From the NCBI GenBank assembly GCA_951406725.2, contig OX597818.1, forward strand, positions 70,246,001 to 70,310,000: DNA of 64,000 nucleotides, given 5' to 3'. Position 1 is the stretch's first letter. Each line of letters opens with the position of its first letter. This document shows positions 11,323-23,140 of the stretch, one piece after another. The stretch is from Octopus vulgaris. Lineage: Eukaryota. Made by a program: the position numbers and the translations under genes. Below the pieces are notes generated by a model that was not told where the DNA came from, made no database searches, and was given only the letters and a program-made list of their open reading frames with translations.

Positions 11323-14300
11323 TGTTTCAAGCAGATGAGAACAGACTTCCATCGTTCTATCATTCAAATCCAGTGTCAATCTCCAAAGTACTTACTTCCT
11401 AATACCCAAAGTCTTCCACCACCTTCTGGAATATATTCGGATCACTGTCCAGTTGTGCAACAAATTCACAGATTAAGACTAGAGTGGCTGTGGGAATCAT
11501 TTGAATACAGTCACAACATAAAACTGGTGACAAGAATATTACAGTGCCGACAATAACATCCATGCAGACGATGGCCATACATTGGAACAGTGACGACGAG
11601 GATATAAGCAATTCATGCAATGTTGAAAAGTAACTTTTTTCATTAAAAAATAAACAATTCATTTGGACAACATTCAAAACTCAACAAACTTTTTTGTTGT
11701 GAATGATTTACGAAAAATCCATAGAATTATGGTAAACTTGTTAGAGGGTTTGGTTGAGTTACAACAACAACAACAACTGAAAGAACAGCAACAAATGCTA
11801 CAACTAATGAAGTTGGTAACAAAACTGGAAAATACGTTTTCGCCAAACCATATAACAAATTCAATAAATGAATTTAAATATGACCCGGAAGAAGGAATCA
11901 CTTTTGAGGCATATTATTCGAAGATTTGAACAAATTTTCGAAAAAGAATTCCAAGACTGGACGGACGAAATGAAAATTCGTCTAATTCTAAGGAAATTGG
12001 CGACGATAAAGCATGAGAAATACTGTAACTTTATATTACCTAAAAAAATTTTCTGACATAAATTTCACGGACACAACTGACATTTTATATATGATGTTCA
12101 GTGAAAAAACATCATTTGAACACTGAGAATCGCACTGATGAAGACTTTACCACATGTAGAGAGAAGAGAGTGCGTGAGAGACTTAAACTGGATCAACTAA
12201 CAACAGACTCGTTCAAATCTCGGATTTTTTTTCTCAGGGACTTACTGCGAAAAAGGCTGCAGAAGTCAAAACGAAAATTCTCAGAAAGCTAGAAATGAAC
12301 CAGGATATATCTTTCCAGAAACTGTCAGAAGAGTGCAATATGATATTAAAAGTAAGACACAGCACAGAAGAAATCCGATGCAGAGATTGTTTACAGATAA
12401 GACCAGTGTGGAAGGATCGGAAGACAGATAAAGTGTTTCACAAAAACACGATTTACAACAGGAGATAAACTCGTGTATGGCACACGGTGGTAGGCACCGG
12501 AGAAAAGAGGGTCTATTCAAAAAAGCAAAATGTTTTCATTGTGGGAACACAGGACACATTAATCACACTGCAGAACTAAGATGACGAAAGATTGGACCAA
12601 ATGAGAAATAAGGAATAGTTTGTCATCAGAGAAAAAAGTTTGCACAATGAACAGAAAATTCATCAAGGTGAGAATCAAAACCGCTAGTGTCAAAATGCAA
12701 TTAGACTCAAGTAGTGACATCACTCTCATAAATGAAGAAACATGGCGATAAATGAATAAGTCGAAATTATTTCAATCAAATAAAATAGCATATGATGTTT
12801 GAGGAAAGAAGTTCTATTTCATTGGCGAATGTATTTGCAATGTAACTTTTTTGAGGTGAAAAAAAAGGACAATCATTTATGCTTTTAAAAAAATCCTTAA
12901 GCCTATTTGGCACTTGATGTATGGGGTTATTTAAAATGTGGGAAACCACCACCCCCTGCCCCATTAATGTTCCCAGTGAAAATGTAGTCGACTCAGTCAA
13001 AAGTTTGAATGAAGTCAAACAACTGAGACCAAAATTTAAAAAGTTGTTTCCAAATGTTTTTTTGGAAGGATTCAGCTGTTGCACTAAAACAAAAGTGAGG
13101 ATCACAGTAAAAGAAAAAGCAACACCCTTTTTTAGGCCCAAACAGAGCATGGCATTTGCAGCATTAGACCATGTCAATAAAGAGTTGGAAAGACTAGAAA
13201 GTCTAGCTATAATTGAAAAAGTCAACCATTCAGACTGAGCAGTTACAATGATTTGTGTAAAATAAAAAAAAATAAGAAACTAAGAGTGTGTGTAGACTTT
13301 TCGACTGGATTTAGTGACTGTTTATCTGAACACAATTATCCATTACCGAACCCAGAAGAACTGTTCTCAAATCTAAATGGAAGAAAATTTTTCTTGAAAT
13401 TAGATCTCTCAGAGACCTACCTACAAATATAGGTAGAGGAAGATTGCACACACCTTTTAACAATCAACGCACACTGTGGATTGTATAAATTCAAGAGGCT
13501 TCCTTTTGGAGTAAAAGTGGAACCTGCCATATTCCAACAGGTAACAGATGCAATGTTAAATGATTGCGACTTTGCTATCGTTTATCTCTATGATATTTTG
13601 ATATGGAGCGAGACAGTGGAGCAACATATCAAAAAAGTATTCGGAAAAATAAATGAATATGTGTTTAGACTAATAGAGGAAAAGTTAATTTTTTATGGAA
13701 AAAAATCAAATGTTTTGGTCCCGTAATTGATGAAAGGGAAGAAGGCCAGACCCATAAAGGGCAACAGCAATATGGAATATGCCTCCGACAAAGAGCGTCA
13801 AATCGTTACAAGCATTTTTAGGCTTGGTAAACCAGTGTCAAGTATATATCCCAAACACACACAATGCAAGAGCTCCACTAAAGGAACTGTTAAACAAGGA
13901 TACCAAATGGTTTTGGTCAGAAAAATGCCAGAAAGCATTTGAGGAATGAAAAAGCATGTCAACTTCAGACTTGTCACTTAAGTACTTCAATCCGAAATTG
14001 GAAACGATACTAGTAAGATATGTTAGTGAGCACAGAGTAGGTGTCGTGCAGCTACACAAATGTGAAGATGGCAGCCAAAAGACCTTAATTCATGCGTCAA
14101 AGGACACTATTGCCAGCGGGAAAGAATTATAGCCAAATTGAAAAAGAAGCATTGGTGATTATACTCAGCATAAAAAAATCCACAGCTTTATATATGGTAG
14201 ACGGTCTAGTCTACAAACAGACCATCGCCCGTTGCTAACGATTTATGGATCCAAGAAAGAAATGTCAGTACATAGAGCAAAGAGGTTGCAGCAGTGAGGT

Positions 14301-15420
14301 TCCATACTAGTAAACTACAACTGCACAATGGAATATTTATCTTCGAAAAAGCTAGGACGTGTTGACGGCCTATTCACGTTAATACCCAGAAATGGCGAAC
14401 CATTCAAGGACACAGTAATAGCAGCCCTAAGGGCCAAAGGGTAATTAAACACACAGTGTGAAACATTGTACGAAAGTCACCAACAACTCCAGAGGAGATA
14501 AAGTAACAAGCATCAAAAGTTAAGTTCATTAATGAAACCAAAAACTCAGTGGTCAGCCAAAGAAAACGAAAATGGGTTCGGTTAGAAAAAACAGCTACAG
14601 GTAAACATATATTCGACATGTGATGCCATACTAATGTATGGCCAAATGATAGTTATACCTGAGACTCTACAAGAAAGAATGTTGAAAGAATTCCATATTG
14701 GACATTGCAAGGATGAAAGCACCTATGCACAGTTATGTGTATTGGCCGAAGCTGGACAAGGAAGTTTGAAAACAAAGTAAAAGACTGCAAAGGATGTGCT
14801 CTGGCAGCAAAATTGCCAACTCAGAAATGGGAGCCTTGACCAGAAGTAAAAGATCCATGGAGAAGACCAAACATCGGTTTTGTTGTAAGTCCGTTAAATG
14901 GTTATTACTACTTAGTGGTTGTTGACAATTTTATGAAATGGCCGGAAATTTTTAAGTGCAGAGGACCAACTGCCACAATTGTAATAAATATTTTGCATGA
15001 ATTATTCACAAAATTTGGAATCCCAGATGTGATTGTATCTGATAATGGAACAGAATTTGTGTCCAGAGAATTTAGAATATTCTGTGAAATATTTGCGGTA
15101 GAACATAACATGATAGAACTTTACCATTCCAGATCAATTAGACATGCAGAGCATTTTGTGGACATTTTTAAAAGAACTTTGTGAAAAGCAAACAAGGAAG
15201 TCACAGATGAAGTCGCTGTGCAGCAATTCCTAAAGATATACAGGGTGACACCAGCAGGAAGCTCACCAGCAGAACTGATGGTCACGAGGAAGGTGAAAAC
15301 AGTTTTTGATAAACTGTTACTTGGTGAAGAAAGAAAAAGTATCAGGAAAACCATCCAAAATTTTTCAAAGTTGGTGATAAGGTGTACATGAGGTCATATA
15401 AAAATGGAAAACAATACTGG
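11323..15420 (+). mobile_element. Decayed Ty3/Gypsy LTR retrotransposon (K02A2.6/Mag-like): putative 5' LTR, PBS, gag, PR, RT, RNase H, integrase; 3' end missing
   Basis: TG..CA segment 11323-11518 then PBS-like tggtgacaag; gag EFKYDPEEGITFEAYY; knuckle CFHCGNTGH (~12531); protease MQLDSSSDITLI; RT LRVCVDF and RLPFGVKVEPAIFQ..VYLYDILI (YLDD degenerate); integrase VVVDNFMKWPE..FGIPDVIVSDNGTEF. Domain order PR-RT-RH-IN; many stops. Confidence 0.9.
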
Positions 15421-16129
15421 GATTGACAAAAATTTACTTTCATAACAATTCATTTATCATCATTCAACTAGTTTGGATTGATACTATTACACAGATCATC
15501 TAAAATTAGTATTTTCTATAACATGAAGACTGGTCCTTCACTATACAAAGTTATTAAAGAAACCTTTTTTTATATGAGTTGAGACTGTTAGGATTGGAAA
15601 CGTTGCTGAGAAATGGTCGTGTTTAATCAAATGAAGAGGATTTAAAATCTTTAAGACTTCCTAAAACCATTGTGAGGAAAGAATAATAAACTTGACTCTT
15701 TAGAGAGGAAGCAAAATATTTCAAAAATATTTCTTGGAGGACTTCATTGACATAGGAAACAAAATGTCTTCACTAACAATAGAAGATAATTCCTCAAGTT
15801 TGTTAGCACAAAAATAATTTTGTGTAGCAAGAAAATTAAGAAACTGAGATATTTTTAAGAATGACATATATTTAAAATTCTAAATCAGATAAAAAAAAGC
15901 TCGTGAAATATATTAAATCTGGGTTTGTTGTAGCAAAAGAAAAGGTACCTCTACGAGTTTCTAATGGTTAATCAATTGATTCTTGATGATTCTGATAAAG
16001 CCATAGTTTTTAATAGGTTCTGTTTATTTGGTTTTAGTTTAGATGACAGGAAAGACATTGATATCAATTTTGCTAACAATCATTTTATTGATTAAATTTT
16101 TGATATAAACTTTACAGCTAATATAGTTT
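15421..16129 (+). mobile_element. Old CR1-group LINE, 5' part (EN-RT linker)
   Basis: KKLVKYIKS, LILDDSDKAIVFNRFCLFGFSLDD (D.EKA..FN.YF.SVF motif), INFTANIV. Appears to resume at 19245. Confidence 0.55.
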
Positions 16130-16482
16130 CGTGGGATTGGAAATACTTTGCTGCTACTTTAACTGCCAGCAAGTTTCCAAGACATTTGGAGATCAACTGG
16201 ATAATGAAGTTGGTATTTGTCTCAATCAATATTTTGTTCATTATGAAATCAGTCAGTTTGTCTTGGACTAATGAGATAACAAAATAGAATGGCATGGTTT
16301 TGTGTCATTGGAGTAGGAGACACTGATCTCCTCTGATATACCACTGTAATGGGATCTTTTTGTACCAGCCCTGACCTAAATTACAGTTCTTGAAGGATTT
16401 GCCATTAAAGTGGTAGAACAAATAAAAGTTTCTAAATATTCAATATTTTCTACCAACTAAATTCTTTCAACCAATTATTGTC

Positions 16483-16547
16483 AAAATCGCTATTACATGG
16501 GGCTTTTTAATAAAATTGCTATTACATGGGACTTTTTAATAAAATTG
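16483..16547. repeat. 29-bp tandem duplication (about 2.2 copies)
   Basis: aaaatcgctattacatggggctttttaat / aaaattgctattacatgggactttttaat. Confidence 0.9.
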
Positions 16548-16774
16548 TAGTTAAGATAATGGGAAAACAGTGGGAAGGCTTATGGCTTTGGGAAATACTC
16601 TCGTTAACCATGATATAAGATAATACAGCCAGATTCCTCTCATCTGCTCTAATCTATTTTCAAGGTGCTTATCATAATCATTATTATCATTGTTATTAAT
16701 ATTATCATTATTATTGTGTTCATATAATTAATTAGCATGTAGTTTAGCATTGTAAAAAAGTGAAAGTAATTTGC

Positions 16775-17245
16775 TCTGAAAGTGGTGATAGTGAAATCAT
16801 ATATATTCAGAAGAATGCCTTGGAAATATCCCCAGGTAAACAACATAAGGGGAACTGGGTGTTTGATGCAGTACAAATGGGCACACCACCTGACTGAGAC
16901 ACCCATTCATGTGTGTGTAATACTTTGGCTCATTAGATTGCAATGGATAGAGTCAGGGACGTGTTTGATATCGATGAATAGGTTTCCTATGTTAGTTTAG
17001 GCCACTTATATTAGTTGCAATGTTGTGAATCATACTTTAAATTTTGTTAATCCAATTATGAGAACATCCATACATATACTATCAAAGGATGATGGATGCT
17101 TGTCAAAGAGTTACTCAAGAAATAATGTGGAACAAGTGGTGCTTTATCAACATCCTGTGTGAATGTATTTGGCAGAATAGGTTCAGAGGCCATGAAAAAG
17201 CTACACATTGTATTCATGTTATACATGGGATTTCTTTATCATCAC
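16775..17245 (+). mobile_element. Merlin (IS1016/ISXO2-like) DNA transposase remnant
   Basis: KYPQV..G.WVFDAV, QWIESGT, VVNHTLNFVNP..IHTYTIKG*W match the KYNRG..WVFG, I.PGT and VNHS..FV.P..HTNTIEG.W motifs of Merlin transposases. Confidence 0.7.
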
Positions 17246-17394
17246 TTCAGGCTTCTATCACAACTCCATTTTTAGGCCACTGTGCTGTATCACCTTACTA
17301 CCTTCAAAATAGTTCAATAAGGATTGCTCTATTATGAAATTATGATTGGTTGGTAGGTAAGAAGCAATATCTAAAAGGGCTTTTCAATCTGCCT

Positions 17395-17790
17395 CATGGT
17401 CGCAGCAGACAAAATGGGAAAGATCTTGCCCCAGAGGATGGTGAGGAAGATGCACTGGGACAGCCATACTGCCTCATGGCACCCACTCTTGCAGATGGCC
17501 ATCTCCAACTCAATAGTGATAAGCAGGGATGTGGTTCACAGGGCCTAGAAAGTCAGAGGTCTCCACTACCACAATTGCAAATCTGTCAGAAAGAGGCCAG
17601 TACTTTGACAGTTTGCTTTTCTTGGTGTGACAAAGCCTGAAATAGCAGCTGAATACACCAGGTTACTGCTGGAGTGGGTGGCACGGCATGTGGAATCCTA
17701 GCTGAGGGGCCTACCACTGCAGAATGGGAAAATTAAAATGCCATTTGGCTTTTTACCATCCCCTCAGTCAAGAACTACTGGCTCCAGCTG
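17395..17790 (-). mobile_element. CRE-clade non-LTR retrotransposon 3' fragment (restriction-like endonuclease)
   Basis: Minus strand LEPVVLD*GDGKKPNGILIFPFCSGRPLS*DSTC ... KY ... AIVVVETS ... WLSQCIFLTILWG matches the EP.GL.R.DGKRPDG..PW..G..L.WD.TC ... AVET.G ... L.QR.S.A.QRGN pattern. Confidence 0.7.
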
Positions 17791-18029
17791 ACTACATATA
17801 GATCATATATAAACTACCATATATATATATATATATACATACACTAAACTACTTTTTTTATAAGCTACCATGCACACAGTCAATAAGCCATATATGTATT
17901 TATGTGAGTGTGCGTGTAATATATATGTAAATTTCAAATGACGAGAATGAGTGATCAACACAGCATTGGTGGATAAAATTTCTTTATTTCTGTATTAAGA
18001 CTACCATTGGTTTCATTTTATATAAATTA

Positions 18030-18915
18030 TTTTAATATCTTAACAATTTTTCAAGGCTTTCTTGTTTGTGGTAGGGTTTAAATTTGCCTGTGCTAAGGCT
18101 TATGTCAATATCTAGGAGGTTTGCTTCTTTAAGGTTGGTGCTAATTGTGGTTCTTAGACCTAATTGGCTAAATATTTTGCATAGCTTTTTCCTCATCCTA
18201 TCCATACCATGTCTGTTTTTATTGTGTATTACCCCTTGGCCATTGTCCTTAAATAAACCCATGTTAGCTTCTTTTATTTATTTTCTAAGACTGTCAAGGA
18301 TATAGGAGCCTACAAGGCCAGATATCTCTGCTCTGTCATAGCTCCCCATTGCCACATTAAATAGCTCACCCCGATTCCTTTTTACCCAATAGGAATTATT
18401 ATGGAAATGTAATAACTTCGCTGCATTCATGTTTATATCAGTGTTTGTTATGATAATATATGCCTTTCAAAATTCAAGCAACTTTTAGAGCAAACTTTTG
18501 GAGATCGAAGGGTAAAACTTCATGATGTCAAACTGGATAAATTTGCATTTGGGTTTATCCGATATGTCATATGATATTATCTAATATGGATTCACTAATA
18601 ATTCCTATTTCACTTTTTGTGGGATTTATTAATCTACAGCTAGTGATTTGCATGAAATTTTCTTTATGTTCTTTCAGGGTTATAAAAGGGTTTAATGAGG
18701 TAAACTTTTCTACTCTATTTTCTACTTTAAACCTTGTGACTAAAGTTTCTGATTCTGCATTAATTGAATTATGAGTGGTGGCTGTTTGTTTTCTAGTTCC
18801 TTTTAGTTATGCTGTCGGTTGGTAATTTGTCGTGTGTGTGGTTGTTTACTTCATAAATATTTTTTTTTGTTTTGTCTGCTTTAAACCAGTGTTTGGTGAT
18901 GTTCGAAGCTCTGAT
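18030..18915 (-). mobile_element. Penelope-like element reverse transcriptase remnant
   Basis: KCKFIQFDIMKFYPSISK, FNVAMGSYDRAEISGLVG, GLFKDNG (YRDDG degenerate), LGLRTTISTNLKEANLLD..KPYHK. Bracketed by ~45-bp diverged direct repeats at ~17932 and ~18922. Confidence 0.8.
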
Positions 18916-19092
18916 ATATAAATTGCAAATGATGAGAATGAGTGATTAACACCACATTGGTGAATAAAGTACACAAACACACACTAAACCATATGTTTTA
19001 TACAAGCTACCATATATCTATGTTATTATGTCTAGGCTGTGTGAAAACAGTTTTACAAAAAAAAATTGGTGAGAATACAAAAGGTTAATCAC

Positions 19093-19561
19093 TAAATGTA
19101 TAAATATTTTTGTCTCAAGGAAAAAGCAATATATAACATTAGGTTTTTTTGTACAAAATGGCTGACTAAAACTTTAAGGGAAACATCCCTTAATGAAATT
19201 AGGACACTGCAGGAAAAACAAGTTCTTAAACCAGCAAAATAACAGCAATGTTTTAAAAATTGAATCAAATAATGTTGTCTGCTCCAGATTGTATCTCACT
19301 GAGTAGAAAGTAAAAATTTGGTAAAATTATTTCAGAAACACAACTTAAAATATTTAACTATTTTCTTCAACCAGGAACAATTCCCAGTCAGAGGAAAATC
19401 TAAAAATCTGTATTTTACACTAAAAAAAGACATCTCTAAAAGAAACTGAAAATTATCATCTTATTAGATTTCGTGTGTCTTGCTAGTAAAGTTGTGGAAT
19501 CAATAACTGAAGAGGAATCGGTGCTTTTTATATCTTATTTACTGTTTAGATTCTTCTCTAA
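19093..19561 (+). repeat. Copy 2 of the 469-bp direct repeat
   Basis: See copy 1. This copy is continuous with the downstream CR1 RT. Confidence 0.95.
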
Positions 19562-20570
19562 ACAAATGAACAGCAAGTCAACTATTAAAATGCTTAAATG
19601 AATGGATGAAACTGTTATATAATAAAATAACATTAGTTATCTGGACGTTTCTAAAGCCTTTGATAGGGTTTAATATGTAAAATTAATTAAAAACATCAGG
19701 TGGAGCAACTAAATTGCTGAAGTTATTGAAATAACAGACATCAATTTGTTTGTGTAAATTACTTCCTTAGCGCCACAAAGTAGTTTACTAAGACCTACTT
19801 TATTTACAGCTCATATAAATAGCCGACAGATTATACATATTTCAAATTCATAAATGTCATATGATGATGATATTGAATTGTTTTTTCCAAATGAAAAAAA
19901 TGTCAAAAATTTAGCCTTAAAATCTTATGGACGATTGAGGCAGATGCAGCGCTCAGTGTAGGAATTGAAAAATATTTTCTTTAAAGTAGGTCACAATAAA
20001 TATTTTCTACAAAATATTATCTAAATGATATTCGTATTCTACTTGTCAGACAAAATCGTTGAGATCTTTAAAATACATTTTTCAAATAAATTAAAGCGTC
20101 AGTATTTTGTCTTAAAGTTGCAAAGAAATGGCTTCCAGCAATAATTTTTAGAGCTTGACATATTGAAAATATGAATTTGCCCAAAACTTGAATATGTTAC
20201 TGAAGTTTGGCTTCTCTCCCCCTTAAGACATCTAATTAACAGAGATCAGAGATAGGTGTTTTGCTGGATTAAGGAATATTGGCTATCTATTCCCATTTAA
20301 TTAAATTTATGACGTTAGAAATGCTGGAAAGGATGTAAGATTATTCCAGACCTAACCCTGTTGCAAAGAAGAATATTTAATAACCTGGTTGACATTCATT
20401 TTGATAAATGTATCACCATATCTATGCAATGGAGGTTGTTTTTAACCATATATCTTCCAGACTAGCCTTGGTGCTTGTAAATATTTGCCTTTTTCCACTA
20501 GACTTATTAAATTTAGTAATCAACAACTAAATTTCACAGCTTCCATTTTCCCTTTTCAAAAATTGTATTG
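19245..20570 (+). mobile_element. Old CR1-group LINE, RT domain (pseudogenised)
   Basis: SAPDCI, KIFNYFLQPGTIP, ENYHLI..CLASKVVESI, YLDVSKAFDRV, PQSSLLRPTLFTAHIN, SYDDDI (YADD), PKLEYVTEVW. Confidence 0.75.
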
Positions 20571-20599
20571 AGCAAGCTGATTGGCAATGTTTCGTCTAA

Positions 20600-21240
20600 T
20601 GATTCAGAAAGTGAAACTACTGAAGTTGGCAGCAATCATTATTTGCTGGAAACTCAACAGTGAAATGAAAGGGAAAGAATTTTCTTTGAAATCAAATGAA
20701 AGTAATACAAACCTGATGTAACAAAATGGTAATTGTAAAATCCAATTGTTTTCAAATGCTTTCAATTCACTTTATTTGATCCTTTTAATCAGACAGGATT
20801 AAAAATTAGACAGGATAACGCTGGTGAAAATATTTAAGGGCTGCCCTCCAAAACATAAGCTCTACAAAACAATTCACGAACATTCACCAAACACATTGGT
20901 TCGTTACAATCTTGCTGCTAATTAATCTCAACAATGAAAGAAAGTTACTTCACTTTCAATGTTTATTGTATTAATACAAATATCTCATAATAACATAATT
21001 CCTTTCAATTGGCTTAGCAACGGTAATGGTGTCTTCCACAATTCCCACAGGTATTTGTTGTGTAATATGGTCAGCCATAGATGTTTTCAAAATGAGCTCT
21101 TAGTTTCAAAGCAAAAGCATTCATCCAGTTTCATTTCATTGCCAAATTTAACTGAGTACGAGAAACATTATTTTACTTTCATTTTATTATGCCAATCTCT
21201 ACGGACTAGTGTAGTTTCGTTTTCTGGATCCTAAAACGAA
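20600..21240 (-). mobile_element. Possible hAT (Buster/Charlie-like) transposase relic
   Basis: Scattered minus-strand motifs YSVKFG, LKLRAHFENI, CYIRFV; highly decayed. Confidence 0.3.
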
Positions 21241-21713
21241 ACTTCTCCAATTGATTTAATTGAAAACCTCAGAAGGGCAGGATGTATTCACTAACCAATC
21301 AAATAGTCTAATTTGTCTGTTAAAGGACATTAATTTTATCGATTTGTTTTTAGTTGAACATCTCTTTGTCTTGATTTAACGAGACATTTTAATATAATAC
21401 TTTATGCTTAACTACACTAAAATTTAAATTTCATAGTTATTTTCTGAGACCCTTTCATAATCTTAATATTTTAGATTAATATATATAGATTTCACTTAAG
21501 CTATTTAATTGCTGAAACCCTTTATAGATATTTTTATAGCTGATTTCTAAAAAATACCTTTAAAAATTTTGTGGAAACCAAATCCTATTGACTACTATTT
21601 TTCTATGTAGCACATTCCATAGTGAGTGTAAGCATATGTGTGTGTGTGTGTGTATAAAAAATATATATTTGATGTTTTATCTAGCATCTCTTTTTATATG
21701 GAATATATGTGTG

Positions 21714-21757
<44 letters not shown>

Positions 21758-23140
21758 CACCAATAAAGTAAAGTCAGTTGCCACATCAAAGTGGCTGTTC
21801 CATGTTACTACTAGTTTAACCCTAGGCAGATTCTCCACCAGCTGGTTATTGGTCCGACTCTACACCCTTCATATACAATATATATTGTTAGACATATATA
21901 TATGTGTGTGTGTGTATGTTTATATCTGTGTATGTTACTTTGTACTGTTTACATTTTCCCCTGAAACATTAAATTAGAAGTAATATCAACAATTACTGTA
22001 AATTGTTTAAAACTAAAAACATTTATTTTAAGCGCCATGTTGGTGTCAATTATAAATATCCGTGATAAATGAAACAGAAGACCCAAAGTTAAAACAAATT
22101 TGTTCCTGACACACAAGTCAATAACCTCAACTAAACCTAAAACCCTTCCTGGGTTTCATGCTTTGTTATGTTTGTTTGTTTTTTTCTACTTTTTCTTGCA
22201 TAAATAAAATTCTAAAATCAATGTCGTGCAAATCCCTTTATCTGAAAAGCATTTTATATTTTTTAAAACAATAAGGTGCAATTTATAAGAAATTTTACTG
22301 CTATTTTTGGCAGGTTGAGCAACCACATAGATAAGTCAATTATAATCGGTGGCTTTCATCATTAGATCTATTAAGTCTCATAATATACGGAGTGTCCCAA
22401 AAGTCACTGAGGGGTTTCAATTTTTAATAATCTCCTTAACTTTACAAATAAATGCATGAAATTATGATACAATATAAAGGACACAATGGAAATTGATATG
22501 CACAAGTCTAATTTTGTGCAACACCACTACATCACATATGAAAAAATGACATCGCTTAAATGGCAGCCATTTTCGGCTTTGCACACCCATTTAAGTCTGA
22601 TATTCTATCTGTCTTTTTGCCAGACCCCTGTGTTACAGGGACATAAATGAACCAAAAGAAACCAACAACTGTTGTCAAACAGTGTGGAAATAATACACAC
22701 ACACACACACACACATATAAACGTAGTAGTAGTAGTAGTATGGGGGCCACATGCCCTGTAATAACACATCCCTGTATCCACCAGTTGTTGGTGATTCCCA
22801 GCTACTGCTGGCAGGTGATGCCTTTGTACCATGCGGGTGACAGCCCTCACCCTTATGTCTGTTCAGCTAGTTACTGCTGGTGAGGATTTTATGAGGTCAG
22901 AGTGAAAATTCTGCTTCAGCCCCTTTTAGTCATCTTTTTACAATACTCAGAAGAAATGGTGGGTCCATTCTTTGACATGCTATTCCCTACATAGCACTAG
23001 AGCAACATGAAATGAAATGTGCATTGCTCAAGAACACAATATGCCACTGAGTCCAAGAATTAAACCCTCAATCTGGTGATTATGAGTGCAACACATTAAC
23101 CACAAAGTCATGTACCTTTACAATACACACATACACATAT

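Noticed and set aside
10854-19561. The 469-bp direct repeats as LTRs of the Gypsy element
   Set aside because: They mostly encode dead CR1 RT, are far younger than the decayed Gypsy, and are not adjacent to the PBS or to the integrase end.
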